NCBI GenBank assembly: GCA_002869165.1
Contig: PKTK01000005.1
Coordinates: 2,553 to 66,552, forward strand
Origin: Candidatus Parcubacteria bacterium
Lineage (GTDB): Bacteria > Patescibacteriota > Patescibacteriia > Patescibacteriales > UBA12075
Reading direction: 5' to 3'
Length of the DNA stretch: 64,000 nt
Of this stretch, positions 8,982-17,942 are shown piece after piece. Numbering within the stretch: the first letter of the stretch is position 1; each line of letters opens with the position of its first letter. The position numbers were made by a program, and so were the translations under genes. Under the pieces are notes generated by a model. It did not search any database and was not told the origin of the DNA. It worked only from the letters and a program-made list of their open reading frames with translations.

Positions 8982-10460
8982 ATGTCAAAACCTTTAAAAA
9001 TTGTTTCAATATCTTCAGAACTTGATCCATATTCAAAATCAGGCGGTCTTGCTGATGTTTCCAGAAGTCTTCCTAAAGCAATCAAACGTTTAGGGCACGA
9101 AATTATTTGTATAACTCCACTTTACAATCAGATAATCAACAAGCAAAAATACGACCTGAAACCAGTCTTTAAAGACGTCGAAGTTTTTTTTAATTCAAAA
9201 GACAAACTAAACGTCAGCTATTACAAGGGTTATAACATGAAGGGTCTGCCTGTTTATTTTGTTGAATGTAAAAAATATTTTTCAAAAAGAAAATCTATAT
9301 ATGGTTCAAGCCATGAAAATGCCCGTTGGCTTGTTTTTGATGTAGCAGCTTTAAAGCTTATCTCTCTACTTAAATTTAACGCTGATATTGTTCATTGCCA
9401 TGACTGGCAAACTGGCCTTATTCCCTATTATTTAAAAACAGATTTTAGATACTCCAAAACTTTAAAAAATGCCAAAACTGTTTTTACTATTCATAATTTA
9501 GTTTTTCAAATGGGAACAAACTGGTGGGACGTTCCAGTAAGCAAAAAGGATTTTGGCAAAAAAAGACTACCCCACCTTGAAGACAAAAATCTTGATTATA
9601 TTAATTTTGTTAAAAGAGCCATTCTTTCTTCTGATGCTATCTCAACAGTATCAGAACAATACCGCGAAGAAATAATGACAAAAAAGTTTGGCCAAGATTT
9701 ACACCGAATTTTAAAGAATCGTGAAGACAGACTCTTTGGGATTGTAAACGGGATTGACTACAAGGCCTATAATCCAAGTGTTGACCCTGGTTTATTTAAA
9801 AGATATAGCTACAAAACCGTCAAAAGAAAAAAACTTAACAAAGAATATATCCAAAAAAAATTCAAACTACCAATTGATATGGAAATTCCTCTTATTTGTC
9901 TCACTTCAAGAATCGCCTATCAAAAAGGTTATGTTTTATTTATGGATATAATTGAAGCTCTTATTAGATTGGATATTCAGATTATCATCATGGGAGATGG
10001 AGATAGGGCTTATGTTTCTACTCTAAAAAAATATACAAAAAAATATCCCAAAAAACTCATCTATATCCCTTTTAATGAAAATAAAAAAGTTGAAACACTT
10101 CTTTATGCTGGATCAGATCTTTTTCTTCTTCCGAGTCATCATGAGCCCTGCGGAATAAATCAGCTTATTGCTATGAGATACGGCTGTATTCCAGTAGTAA
10201 GAAAAGTTGGTGGACTTAACGATACTGTGGCCAACTTCAATCCAAAAACAAATCGCGGTACTGGTTTTGTTTTTTCTAGCTTTTCTCCTTATCCTTTTTA
10301 TGGAGCGATAATTCGAGCTTTGGAAAATTATAAACATCGAAAAATATGGCGCGAATTAATGGTTAGGGCTATGAGAGATTCAAATTCCTGGGAAATTCCG
10401 GCAAAAAAATATATCTCTCTATATAGAAAAGTAATGAAATTTAAAAACGTAAAGAAATAA
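8982..10460 (+). CDS. glgA: glycogen/starch synthase (GT5), copy 1
   Basis: KIVSISSELDPYSKSGGLADV N-terminal KxGGL-type motif, PSHHEPCGINQL and the C-terminal GT-B half, 492 aa. Confidence 0.85.
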   Translation: MSKPLKIVSISSELDPYSKSGGLADVSRSLPKAIKRLGHEIICITPLYNQIINKQKYDLKPVFKDVEVFFNSKDKLNVSYYKGYNMKGLPVYFVECKKYFSKRKSIYGSSHENARWLVFDVAALKLISLLKFNADIVHCHDWQTGLIPYYLKTDFRYSKTLKNAKTVFTIHNLVFQMGTNWWDVPVSKKDFGKKRLPHLEDKNLDYINFVKRAILSSDAISTVSEQYREEIMTKKFGQDLHRILKNREDRLFGIVNGIDYKAYNPSVDPGLFKRYSYKTVKRKKLNKEYIQKKFKLPIDMEIPLICLTSRIAYQKGYVLFMDIIEALIRLDIQIIIMGDGDRAYVSTLKKYTKKYPKKLIYIPFNENKKVETLLYAGSDLFLLPSHHEPCGINQLIAMRYGCIPVVRKVGGLNDTVANFNPKTNRGTGFVFSSFSPYPFYGAIIRALENYKHRKIWRELMVRAMRDSNSWEIPAKKYISLYRKVMKFKNVKK

Positions 10461-10464
10461 TATT

Positions 10465-11616
10465 ATGAAATGGATAAACTTTTTACATTTTTATCAACCT
10501 GTAAATACCGATGCCCACATCATCAAAGAAGCAACTGAAATGAGTTACAAAAGAGTGATTAATGCTTTAAAAAAAAATCCTCATATAAAATTTACCATCA
10601 ATATCAATGGTTCACTTTTGATTAGATGGAAGGAGCTTAATTATTTTGACCTAATAAAAGATGTTGATGAATTGATCAAAAGTGGTCAAATAGATTTGAC
10701 TGGAACTGCATGCTACCATCCTCTTCTACCATTAATTCCTGAAAAAGAAGCCAAAAGGCAAATCAAAGAAAACGAAGAACTTTTAAAAAAATTTTTTTCT
10801 AATTATAAACCTAGGGGATTCTTTTTGCCAGAGATGGCTTACTCAAAATCCATTGCTAAATTAGTAAAAGAAATGGGGTATGAGTGGATTATTCTTGATG
10901 AAATTGCTCATACAGGAGAATTAAATAAGACTGACACAGAAAAAATTTATGAAATAAAAAATATTGGCCTAAAAGTAATCTATAGATCTAGAAAATATTC
11001 TAGTTCTTTTGTACCAAATACTATAGCCAAATTACTAGACTCAAACGAAGTTATAATTTCTGCTACCGATGGGGAATTGTACGGACTTAGACACATCGAC
11101 CATGCAAAAGAATTTGAACAACTTTTAGAAAATAAAGGTTTAATTACCAAAACTATCTCAAGCTACATAAAAGAAAACAAAGAATTAATTGAAACTGATC
11201 CGCTTGATTGTAGCTGGGAATCAGATGAAGAAGAATTAAAAATTTATCGACCATATAATCTTTGGGATAATCCAGATAATAAGATCCACAAAAAACTTTG
11301 GGATCTGGCTATGCTTTCTTACAACACTACCCAAAAATTTAAAAATGATGATAATTATGTCTGGGCTAGATGGCATATGGTAAGAGGTTTTGCTAGTTGC
11401 ACATTTTGGTGGGCCTCAGACAAAGATTTTTCATACATTTTTGGCCCTCATGCATGGAACCCAGATGAAATAGAGAGAGGCGTAAATGAATTTATCCGTT
11501 CAATCAGAGCCATTGAAGATGCAGCCAGTAGATATACCAAATTAAAAGCAGAGAAACTATTTATAGAAATAAAACAAATGATCTGGGAAAAACATTGGAC
11601 CCGCTGGAAAAATTAA
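10465..11616 (+). CDS. GH57-family alpha-glucan-active enzyme (branching/amylase-like)
   Basis: WINFLHFYQP N-terminus and its size and position directly after glgA resemble GH57 catalytic domains. This is a family-level call only. Confidence 0.55.
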   Translation: MKWINFLHFYQPVNTDAHIIKEATEMSYKRVINALKKNPHIKFTININGSLLIRWKELNYFDLIKDVDELIKSGQIDLTGTACYHPLLPLIPEKEAKRQIKENEELLKKFFSNYKPRGFFLPEMAYSKSIAKLVKEMGYEWIILDEIAHTGELNKTDTEKIYEIKNIGLKVIYRSRKYSSSFVPNTIAKLLDSNEVIISATDGELYGLRHIDHAKEFEQLLENKGLITKTISSYIKENKELIETDPLDCSWESDEEELKIYRPYNLWDNPDNKIHKKLWDLAMLSYNTTQKFKNDDNYVWARWHMVRGFASCTFWWASDKDFSYIFGPHAWNPDEIERGVNEFIRSIRAIEDAASRYTKLKAEKLFIEIKQMIWEKHWTRWKN

Positions 11617-11636
11617 TATTATTTAGATACACCAAC

Positions 11637-12656
11637 ATGAATAAGATAAACCAACTTTTTGACAAGGAATTTGTTTTGGATTATTTCCAAAAAAAATTAC
11701 TTCCTCATTATCCTGATTTTTACAAAATTAAAAACATTAAAATAATTGGCCATAAAAAATTTATTTGGGAGCACACATATCATGTAGTTATTGAATTTAG
11801 GACAACCCTAATAAGTAAAGAGGGGAAAACAATTAAATTACCTATTTTCTGTTCAGCTCATTCTAATGAACCAAGAAAAAATGTCTATACATCTCTTAAA
11901 TATTTATGGTATAACGGCTTTCACAAAGGGCATTTAAGTATTCCTCATCCTCTTTTTTATTCAAAATATTTTAATGGCACTTTTTATAGAGGGGTAAATG
12001 GAAAACATTTATATCACTTTATTCGTGAAGGCAACAAAAAAGAAATAGAAAATCTTGTTCCTAAGGCTGCTCACTTGTTTGCCAAACTTCACCACGGAAA
12101 GAAAAAAGATCCACAAAATTTCAATCCAGATAATTCTCGCATAAAAACTGTCACGCCTGGAGCTAAACATATTATTGAAAGAATACATTATGATTATCCT
12201 GAATATTTAGATTTTTACAAAAGTGCTTATAAATTTTTTATAAAAAAAGAAGAAGAGTTTTTAAACTCCACTGAAAAAAAATGGTTAGTACACGGTGATG
12301 CTCATCCGGAAAATATTATTAAAATGGGAAAGGTAAAAATTGGTTTAATTGATTTTACTGACCTTTGTTTAAGTGATTTTGCTCGTGATCTTGGCTCTTT
12401 TACACAACAACTAGAATTCATGAGCAACAGAAAAATAAAGAACGAAAAATATGCTAAAAAAATCTGCGACTTATTTCTAATCTCATATTTTTCAAAAGTT
12501 CCAAAATTAAATATCACTCCAGAAATCAAAGAAAGAATAGATCTTTATTACTATTGGACTGCCACAAGAACCGCAACTCATTTTCTCATGAAAGATGGGC
12601 CAGAACCAGAAAGGGCGACCCCCTTAATAAATCGAATTAAAAATTTTATCAAATAA
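11637..12656 (+). CDS. APH/choline-kinase-fold phosphotransferase (maltokinase-like?)
   Basis: Catalytic loop LVHGDAHPENII and GLIDFTD (HxDxxxxN ... DFx). I prefer the ATG at 11637 over the track start 11595, which overlaps the GH57 gene by 22 nt. Confidence 0.6.
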   Translation: MNKINQLFDKEFVLDYFQKKLLPHYPDFYKIKNIKIIGHKKFIWEHTYHVVIEFRTTLISKEGKTIKLPIFCSAHSNEPRKNVYTSLKYLWYNGFHKGHLSIPHPLFYSKYFNGTFYRGVNGKHLYHFIREGNKKEIENLVPKAAHLFAKLHHGKKKDPQNFNPDNSRIKTVTPGAKHIIERIHYDYPEYLDFYKSAYKFFIKKEEEFLNSTEKKWLVHGDAHPENIIKMGKVKIGLIDFTDLCLSDFARDLGSFTQQLEFMSNRKIKNEKYAKKICDLFLISYFSKVPKLNITPEIKERIDLYYYWTATRTATHFLMKDGPEPERATPLINRIKNFIK

Positions 12657-12660
12657 ACCT

Positions 12661-13527
12661 ATGCTAATAGATCTCCAGCTTCACTCAACTTATTCTGATG
12701 GATACCTAAGTCCAACTGAGGTTGCTCAATTTGCTAAAAATAATGGCATTGAAGTAGCTGCTCTCACTGACCACAATACCGTAGGTGGTGTCCATGAATT
12801 TAAAAAAGCTTGTAAAAAACTAAAAATAAAAGCAATAACTGGTATTGAAATATACTGCAGATTAAATGGCCACAGATTTAATGTTCTGTGGTACAATTTC
12901 GATGAAACTGACCCAAGGCTTCACGATCTCCTAAGAGAAAGCCAAAGAAGAAGAAGGATGCAAATGAGAAATATTTTAAACAGAATGAATAAAAATAATT
13001 TCAAAATAAAAGTTAACAAAATAATAGACAAATACAATCATTACGTTCCGGTTAATCAAGTTATAGACGATATTATAGCTACTCCTTATAATTTACGTTT
13101 AATTAAAAAGAAACTAAAAAATAAAAATCCCAGAGAAAATGATATTATTAATGAGTTTTTTCAAAATCAAAAAAAACTCCCCATGCTAAGAAATTCTTTT
13201 ATCGATTTAAAAAGAATAAATCTTTTAAGAAAAAAAATAGGCGGACAAATTATTCTTTGTCACCCTGCCAAACACTCATATATCAACAAAAAAAGATGGG
13301 AAAAATTTAAAAAAATGGGAATTGATGGTGTAGAAAAGTTATCTCCTCATCACTCTTATGAGGCAATAATGTATATTCAACATTTAGCTTCAGAGCTTAA
13401 TTTCATTGAAACTGGCGGGTCTGATTTTCACAAAGTTGAAGGTGGAGACCACCCAACACAAAGATCTTGGGATTATTTCAAAATAGATTCTAGTCTTCTA
13501 AAAGATATTAATAAGATTATTAACTAA
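12661..13527 (+). CDS. PHP-domain metal-dependent phosphoesterase
   Basis: IDLQLHSTYSDG, LTDHNT and GGSDFH motifs of the PHP family. Confidence 0.7.
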   Translation: MLIDLQLHSTYSDGYLSPTEVAQFAKNNGIEVAALTDHNTVGGVHEFKKACKKLKIKAITGIEIYCRLNGHRFNVLWYNFDETDPRLHDLLRESQRRRRMQMRNILNRMNKNNFKIKVNKIIDKYNHYVPVNQVIDDIIATPYNLRLIKKKLKNKNPRENDIINEFFQNQKKLPMLRNSFIDLKRINLLRKKIGGQIILCHPAKHSYINKKRWEKFKKMGIDGVEKLSPHHSYEAIMYIQHLASELNFIETGGSDFHKVEGGDHPTQRSWDYFKIDSSLLKDINKIIN

Positions 13528-13633
13528 TATATATAAAAAACATGCTACAATAAAGCGTGTTTTTTTATTTTATAAAACAGTAATAAATATGTTATAATGT
13601 AATATAGACTAGAAAAAAATATTTATTAAAAAA

Positions 13634-14197
13634 ATGCATCATTTAATTTTTGAAGGAGCAGAGCTAGCAGGAAAAAGCTGGTTAATGTCACAAGTTTACA
13701 ATAAACTAGAGCCAAAGTACCGTAGTAACCAAAATATTCTAAACGGTTGTCATTGGTTTAATGCTGATATAGGCGTTTTTGGCACTAAGCACGGCAAAAA
13801 TGTAATCAAGTCTTATCTGAATATTTTTGAAGAACTTGCGGGAAAAAACATAATTGTTGAAAAACTTCATATATCTGACATAGTTTATAATCAAATCTAC
13901 AACAACAACAAAATAAACTACACATCAATTGAAAAAAAATTAAAAAAACTTGGATTTAAAATTATTTTTATCTGCTTTCCTGAAGATAAGGAAAATTTAA
14001 AAAAACGCATTCAAGATAGACTAAATATCTATCCTCACTACAAAGACATACTAAAATCCCCTCAATGGTATATAAATCAACAAAGAAAATACAAGGAAAT
14101 TCTAAAAAACTCCGTCCTTGATACATTGGTAATTGAAACCGATATCCTGCCTGATCCTAAACAATATCAGAAAATTCTTGACTGGATAAATGAATAA
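13634..14197 (+). CDS. P-loop kinase-like protein (dNK/thymidylate-kinase fold?)
   Basis: Walker A at the N-terminus (IFEGAELAGKSWL), ~187 aa. Nothing else recognised. Confidence 0.45.
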   Translation: MHHLIFEGAELAGKSWLMSQVYNKLEPKYRSNQNILNGCHWFNADIGVFGTKHGKNVIKSYLNIFEELAGKNIIVEKLHISDIVYNQIYNNNKINYTSIEKKLKKLGFKIIFICFPEDKENLKKRIQDRLNIYPHYKDILKSPQWYINQQRKYKEILKNSVLDTLVIETDILPDPKQYQKILDWINE

Positions 14198-14199
14198 AC

Positions 14200-15378
14200 A
14201 TGCCAGATCAAACTATAAAAAAATGCTACAAAAAATCAATTGAACTACTTGAGAAAAACTCAAGCGTTTTTGGTTCTTTGGCCTGTAGCGAACAAAAAAA
14301 AGCTAAAGAAAGAAATTATCTTGGCATATTTTCCCGAGATGCTTCCATTTGTGCTATGGGGATGATAAGCACTAAAAATAAAGCTTTAATCAGATTGGCA
14401 AAAAGAAGTCTTCTTACTTTATCAAAACACCAAGCCGAAGATGGAGAAATTCCTAATTATGTTAAACCTGAGCTTCCTTATACTGACTTTTGGCGACTGG
14501 GTAGTGTTGACGCCACGCTTTGGTGGTTGATTGCCCTTGATTTTTATAACAAAAATTCTGGAGACAAAAAACTAAAAACTAAACTTGATAAAAAGATAAA
14601 AAAGGCTATTATCTGGCTCCGTGCTCATGAGCACAACAAAGATTTTCTCCTTGTCCAAGGAGAAGCAAGTGATTGGGCGGATATCATGCCCCGCAACGGA
14701 AGAGTGCTATATTCTAACGCTCTCTGGTATCACGTAAAAGAATTATACAAAGTAAAAGAAAAAACTTTAACTAGACGTAATTTTAATCTACTTTTTCACC
14801 CATATGACAAAATAAGCAACAAAATCCCAAAAAGTATCACAAGCACAATTAAAATGATGCATCACTCAAAAAACAAAGATAGATATTATAAGAGTTTTGT
14901 ATCCTATAAATACTGGGGTGATGACTGTGATGTTTACGGAAATTCCCTAGCTATTCTTTTTGGTCTTGCTAAACCTGATTTTAAAAAAGATATTTTTAAA
15001 TTTATTAATAAACAAAAAATCATCACTGGATTTCCTGTACCAGCTATGTTTAAACCAATAAAAGAAAATCATGTTTTGTGGAGAGAATACATGAAAAATC
15101 ATCATCAAAACTATCCTCACCAATATCACAATGGTGGCACCTGGCCATATATTTCATGTTTTTATGCTATGGCTCTAAAAAAAGATGGGCAAACAAAAGA
15201 AGCTAAGCTTGAATTATACAAAACTGCAAAATTAAATGAGCGGAACAATTGGCGCTTTTCTGAATGGTTTCACTCTCGCACTGGTCAAGCTCATGGTATG
15301 AGCGGACAATCATGGAATGCTGGAGCTTTTTTACTTGCCTATCACTATTTATATAATGATATAAACATAAATACATGA
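14200..15378 (+). CDS. (alpha/alpha)6-barrel glycoside hydrolase, glycogen-debranching C-terminal / GH100-like
   Basis: FSRDASICAMG, GEASDWADIMPRNG and YHNGGTWPY resemble amylo-alpha-1,6-glucosidase / neutral-invertase-type domains. The TGA stop overlaps the next start (ATGA). Confidence 0.55.
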   Translation: MPDQTIKKCYKKSIELLEKNSSVFGSLACSEQKKAKERNYLGIFSRDASICAMGMISTKNKALIRLAKRSLLTLSKHQAEDGEIPNYVKPELPYTDFWRLGSVDATLWWLIALDFYNKNSGDKKLKTKLDKKIKKAIIWLRAHEHNKDFLLVQGEASDWADIMPRNGRVLYSNALWYHVKELYKVKEKTLTRRNFNLLFHPYDKISNKIPKSITSTIKMMHHSKNKDRYYKSFVSYKYWGDDCDVYGNSLAILFGLAKPDFKKDIFKFINKQKIITGFPVPAMFKPIKENHVLWREYMKNHHQNYPHQYHNGGTWPYISCFYAMALKKDGQTKEAKLELYKTAKLNERNNWRFSEWFHSRTGQAHGMSGQSWNAGAFLLAYHYLYNDININT

Positions 15379-16853
15379 GTAAATCTAAAAAATTAAAAAT
15401 ATTAATGGCTGCTGCCGAAGTTTCGCCTCTAGCTAAAGTCGGCGGATTAGCTGATGTAGTTGGTTCCATTGCCCCAGCTCTTCAAAAACTAAAAACTGAC
15501 ACTCGTATTATCATGCCACTTTACGGCTCTATCGATAAAAAATCTTTTTCCCTTAAAAAAACTCATTCAAACATCAAAGTTCCCTCTGGCAGAGTGATGA
15601 TAAATGTAAATATTTGGGAGGCTATATTACCAAAATCCAAGGTGAAAATTTACTTTATTGATGCACCTCAATATTTTGACCAAAAGGAAGTATATTTAAA
15701 AACAAATAATTCTGAAAGGTTTTTATTCTTTTCTTATGCAATTTTATTTATTTTACCAATTATAAATTTTGAACCAGATATTATACATTGCCATGATTCA
15801 CACACAGCCTTAATACCAGACATCATTAAAACTAATAATTTAGAATATATAAAAAACCTAAAAACATTATACACTATTCACAATTTTAGATATCAGGGAA
15901 AAACTCGTCCAACTGTATTGAGCACAGGAAACTTAAACGCAGACTTATTAAAAAGTTTAAGTATCGATATTAAAGATGGGGATGTTAATTTTATGGTTCA
16001 AGGTGTTTTAAATGCTGATTTAATAAATACAGTAAGTCCTAGTTATGCTAAAGAAATTGTTTCCTCAGCATATGGTGCTGGTCTAGAAAAAATTATCAAA
16101 AGAAGAAAAAATGATTTGTTTGGTATTCTTAATGGAATTGATACTGATTTTTTTAATCCGGCAAAAGATAAATATATATACAAAAAATATAATATAAATA
16201 CAATCAATAAAAAACAGGATAATAAAGTTGCTCTACAAAAAGAATTAGGCCTACCAATAAACAAAAATAAAGCAGTGGTTGCACTCATTTCAAGATTTGC
16301 CTGGCAAAAAGGAATTGACTTATTTACCGATGAGTTTCTTACTTTGGATTGTCAATTTGTTTTTTTGGGTACTGGCTCAAGAGAATATGAGCAGCACATT
16401 CAAAAACTTGCAAAAAAATACCCTAAAAATATTTCAGCAAATATTAAATTTAATGTTGAGTTAGCACAGAAGATCTATGCGTCATCTGATATATTTCTTA
16501 TGCCCTCCAGGTTTGAGCCCTGTGGTCTTGGGCAAATGATATCAATGAGATATGGCACTGTTCCAGTAGTTAGAGAAACGGGCGGGCTAAAAGACTCTGT
16601 AAAAAGTTTAAACATCAAAAAAGGAAAGAATAGAATTTACAGATTCTCAAAACCAGTCACTGCTACTGGCTTTAGCTTTAAAAAAATTGATGAGAAAGAA
16701 TTTTTTGAAGCTCTAAAAAGCGCCCTTTACGTTTATTACAACCACCCGGAATCCTGGAGACATATTCAAAAAAATTGTATGAAAAAAGATTTTTCCTGGA
16801 AAAGCTCTGCCAAAGAATATTTACAACTTTATAAAAAAATTCTCAAAAAATAA
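15375..16853 (+). CDS. glgA: glycogen/starch synthase (GT5), copy 2
   Basis: KILMAAAEVSPLAKVGGLADV and PSRFEPCGLGQM, 492 aa. A clear but divergent paralog of 8982..10460. Confidence 0.85.
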   Translation: MSKSKKLKILMAAAEVSPLAKVGGLADVVGSIAPALQKLKTDTRIIMPLYGSIDKKSFSLKKTHSNIKVPSGRVMINVNIWEAILPKSKVKIYFIDAPQYFDQKEVYLKTNNSERFLFFSYAILFILPIINFEPDIIHCHDSHTALIPDIIKTNNLEYIKNLKTLYTIHNFRYQGKTRPTVLSTGNLNADLLKSLSIDIKDGDVNFMVQGVLNADLINTVSPSYAKEIVSSAYGAGLEKIIKRRKNDLFGILNGIDTDFFNPAKDKYIYKKYNINTINKKQDNKVALQKELGLPINKNKAVVALISRFAWQKGIDLFTDEFLTLDCQFVFLGTGSREYEQHIQKLAKKYPKNISANIKFNVELAQKIYASSDIFLMPSRFEPCGLGQMISMRYGTVPVVRETGGLKDSVKSLNIKKGKNRIYRFSKPVTATGFSFKKIDEKEFFEALKSALYVYYNHPESWRHIQKNCMKKDFSWKSSAKEYLQLYKKILKK

Positions 16854-16855
16854 CA

Positions 16856-16890
16856 TAAAAAAAGCCTAGAAAATTTTCTAGGCTTTTTTT
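16856..16890. terminator. bidirectional terminator between glgA copy 2 and the GH130 gene
   Basis: AGCCTAGAAA pairs with TTTCTAGGCT, flanked by an A-run on the left and a T-run on the right. Confidence 0.7.
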
Positions 16891-16893
16891 ATG

Positions 16894-17865
16894 TTATTTA
16901 ATTTGCAACGACTTATAATTATATAAAACCTCGTTTAAATCAACGCTTGCCTGACAAACCGAAAAATCACCTGCTCCATAATATAAAAGAAGTTTATCAC
17001 TAACTACTTGTGCACCATTACAAAAAATAACTTCTGGTTTTGTTGCTTTGTCTGTTGAAATATCTGTTTTTTTTGAATATTCATACAACTGATCAATCTT
17101 AATAACTGGGTTTTTGCTACGAAAAATAATTTTCTTTGGAAATTCTAAATCTAGCAAAATTAAGCCTAAAGAGTATTCGGCTTGATCATTTATTCCGTGA
17201 TACAATACTACCCATCCCTTTTCAGTATATATAGGAGGCGGCCCCATTTCAACATGAACTGAATCAAAAAAACCTAAACGTGGCTTTATAAATGGTCTTG
17301 TACTTGCCTGCCACCTAAGACCATTATCAGATTCTGCTAACCAAATATATCTATCACCAAACATCATCCAATATTTATCTTTTATTTTTTTAGAAAAAAT
17401 TCCGCCTGCCTTTGACCATTCAGTTATTGCCTCTTCTGTTTGTTGAGCCTTATCCCAAGGAACAGTAAAACTTCCTGCCATACAAGCATTCCAGGCCAAT
17501 AGTGCATTATCAAATTTTTTCCAATCATAAAGATTTTTGGAAATCGCAATACATAACCTGGCTGATTTCCCGTCATAAGCTGTGTATGTCATCAAATATC
17601 TGTCTTTGATTTTTACAATTCTAGGATCTTCAACTCCTTTTTTATCAATTTTTGAATCAGCATCGAGAACTACCCTTTCTTTTTTAAAATTAACTCCGTC
17701 ATTAGAAATATATAAAACTATTTCTGATATACCTAAAACGTTTTTGGACCGACAAAATAAATAATATTTACCTTCTTCGTAAAAGAAGCCGGGATTATAA
17801 ATTTTGCGATAAATCGAAAAAGCTCTTGGTTTAATAACTGGATTTTTTTTATTCTTCTTTATCAT
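16894..17865 (-). CDS. GH130-family glycoside phosphorylase/hydrolase-like protein
   Basis: GVEDPRIVKIKDRYLMTYTAYDG and a later WVVLYHG beta-propeller pattern typical of GH130 (DUF377). Confidence 0.6.
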   Translation of the reverse strand: MIKKNKKNPVIKPRAFSIYRKIYNPGFFYEEGKYYLFCRSKNVLGISEIVLYISNDGVNFKKERVVLDADSKIDKKGVEDPRIVKIKDRYLMTYTAYDGKSARLCIAISKNLYDWKKFDNALLAWNACMAGSFTVPWDKAQQTEEAITEWSKAGGIFSKKIKDKYWMMFGDRYIWLAESDNGLRWQASTRPFIKPRLGFFDSVHVEMGPPPIYTEKGWVVLYHGINDQAEYSLGLILLDLEFPKKIIFRSKNPVIKIDQLYEYSKKTDISTDKATKPEVIFCNGAQVVSDKLLLYYGAGDFSVCQASVDLNEVLYNYKSLQIK

Positions 17866-17893
17866 AACTAAATTATAGCATTTCTTTTCTTAC

Positions 17894-17932
17894 AAAACAA
17901 AAAACTAGCCATAGATTAGATAGGCTAGTCTT
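17894..17932 (-). terminator. intrinsic terminator of pnp
   Basis: ACTAGCC (17904-17910) pairs with GGCTAGT (17923-17929). On the minus strand the hairpin is followed by TTTTTGTTTT. Confidence 0.6.
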
Positions 17933-17942
17933 TTATATTATC

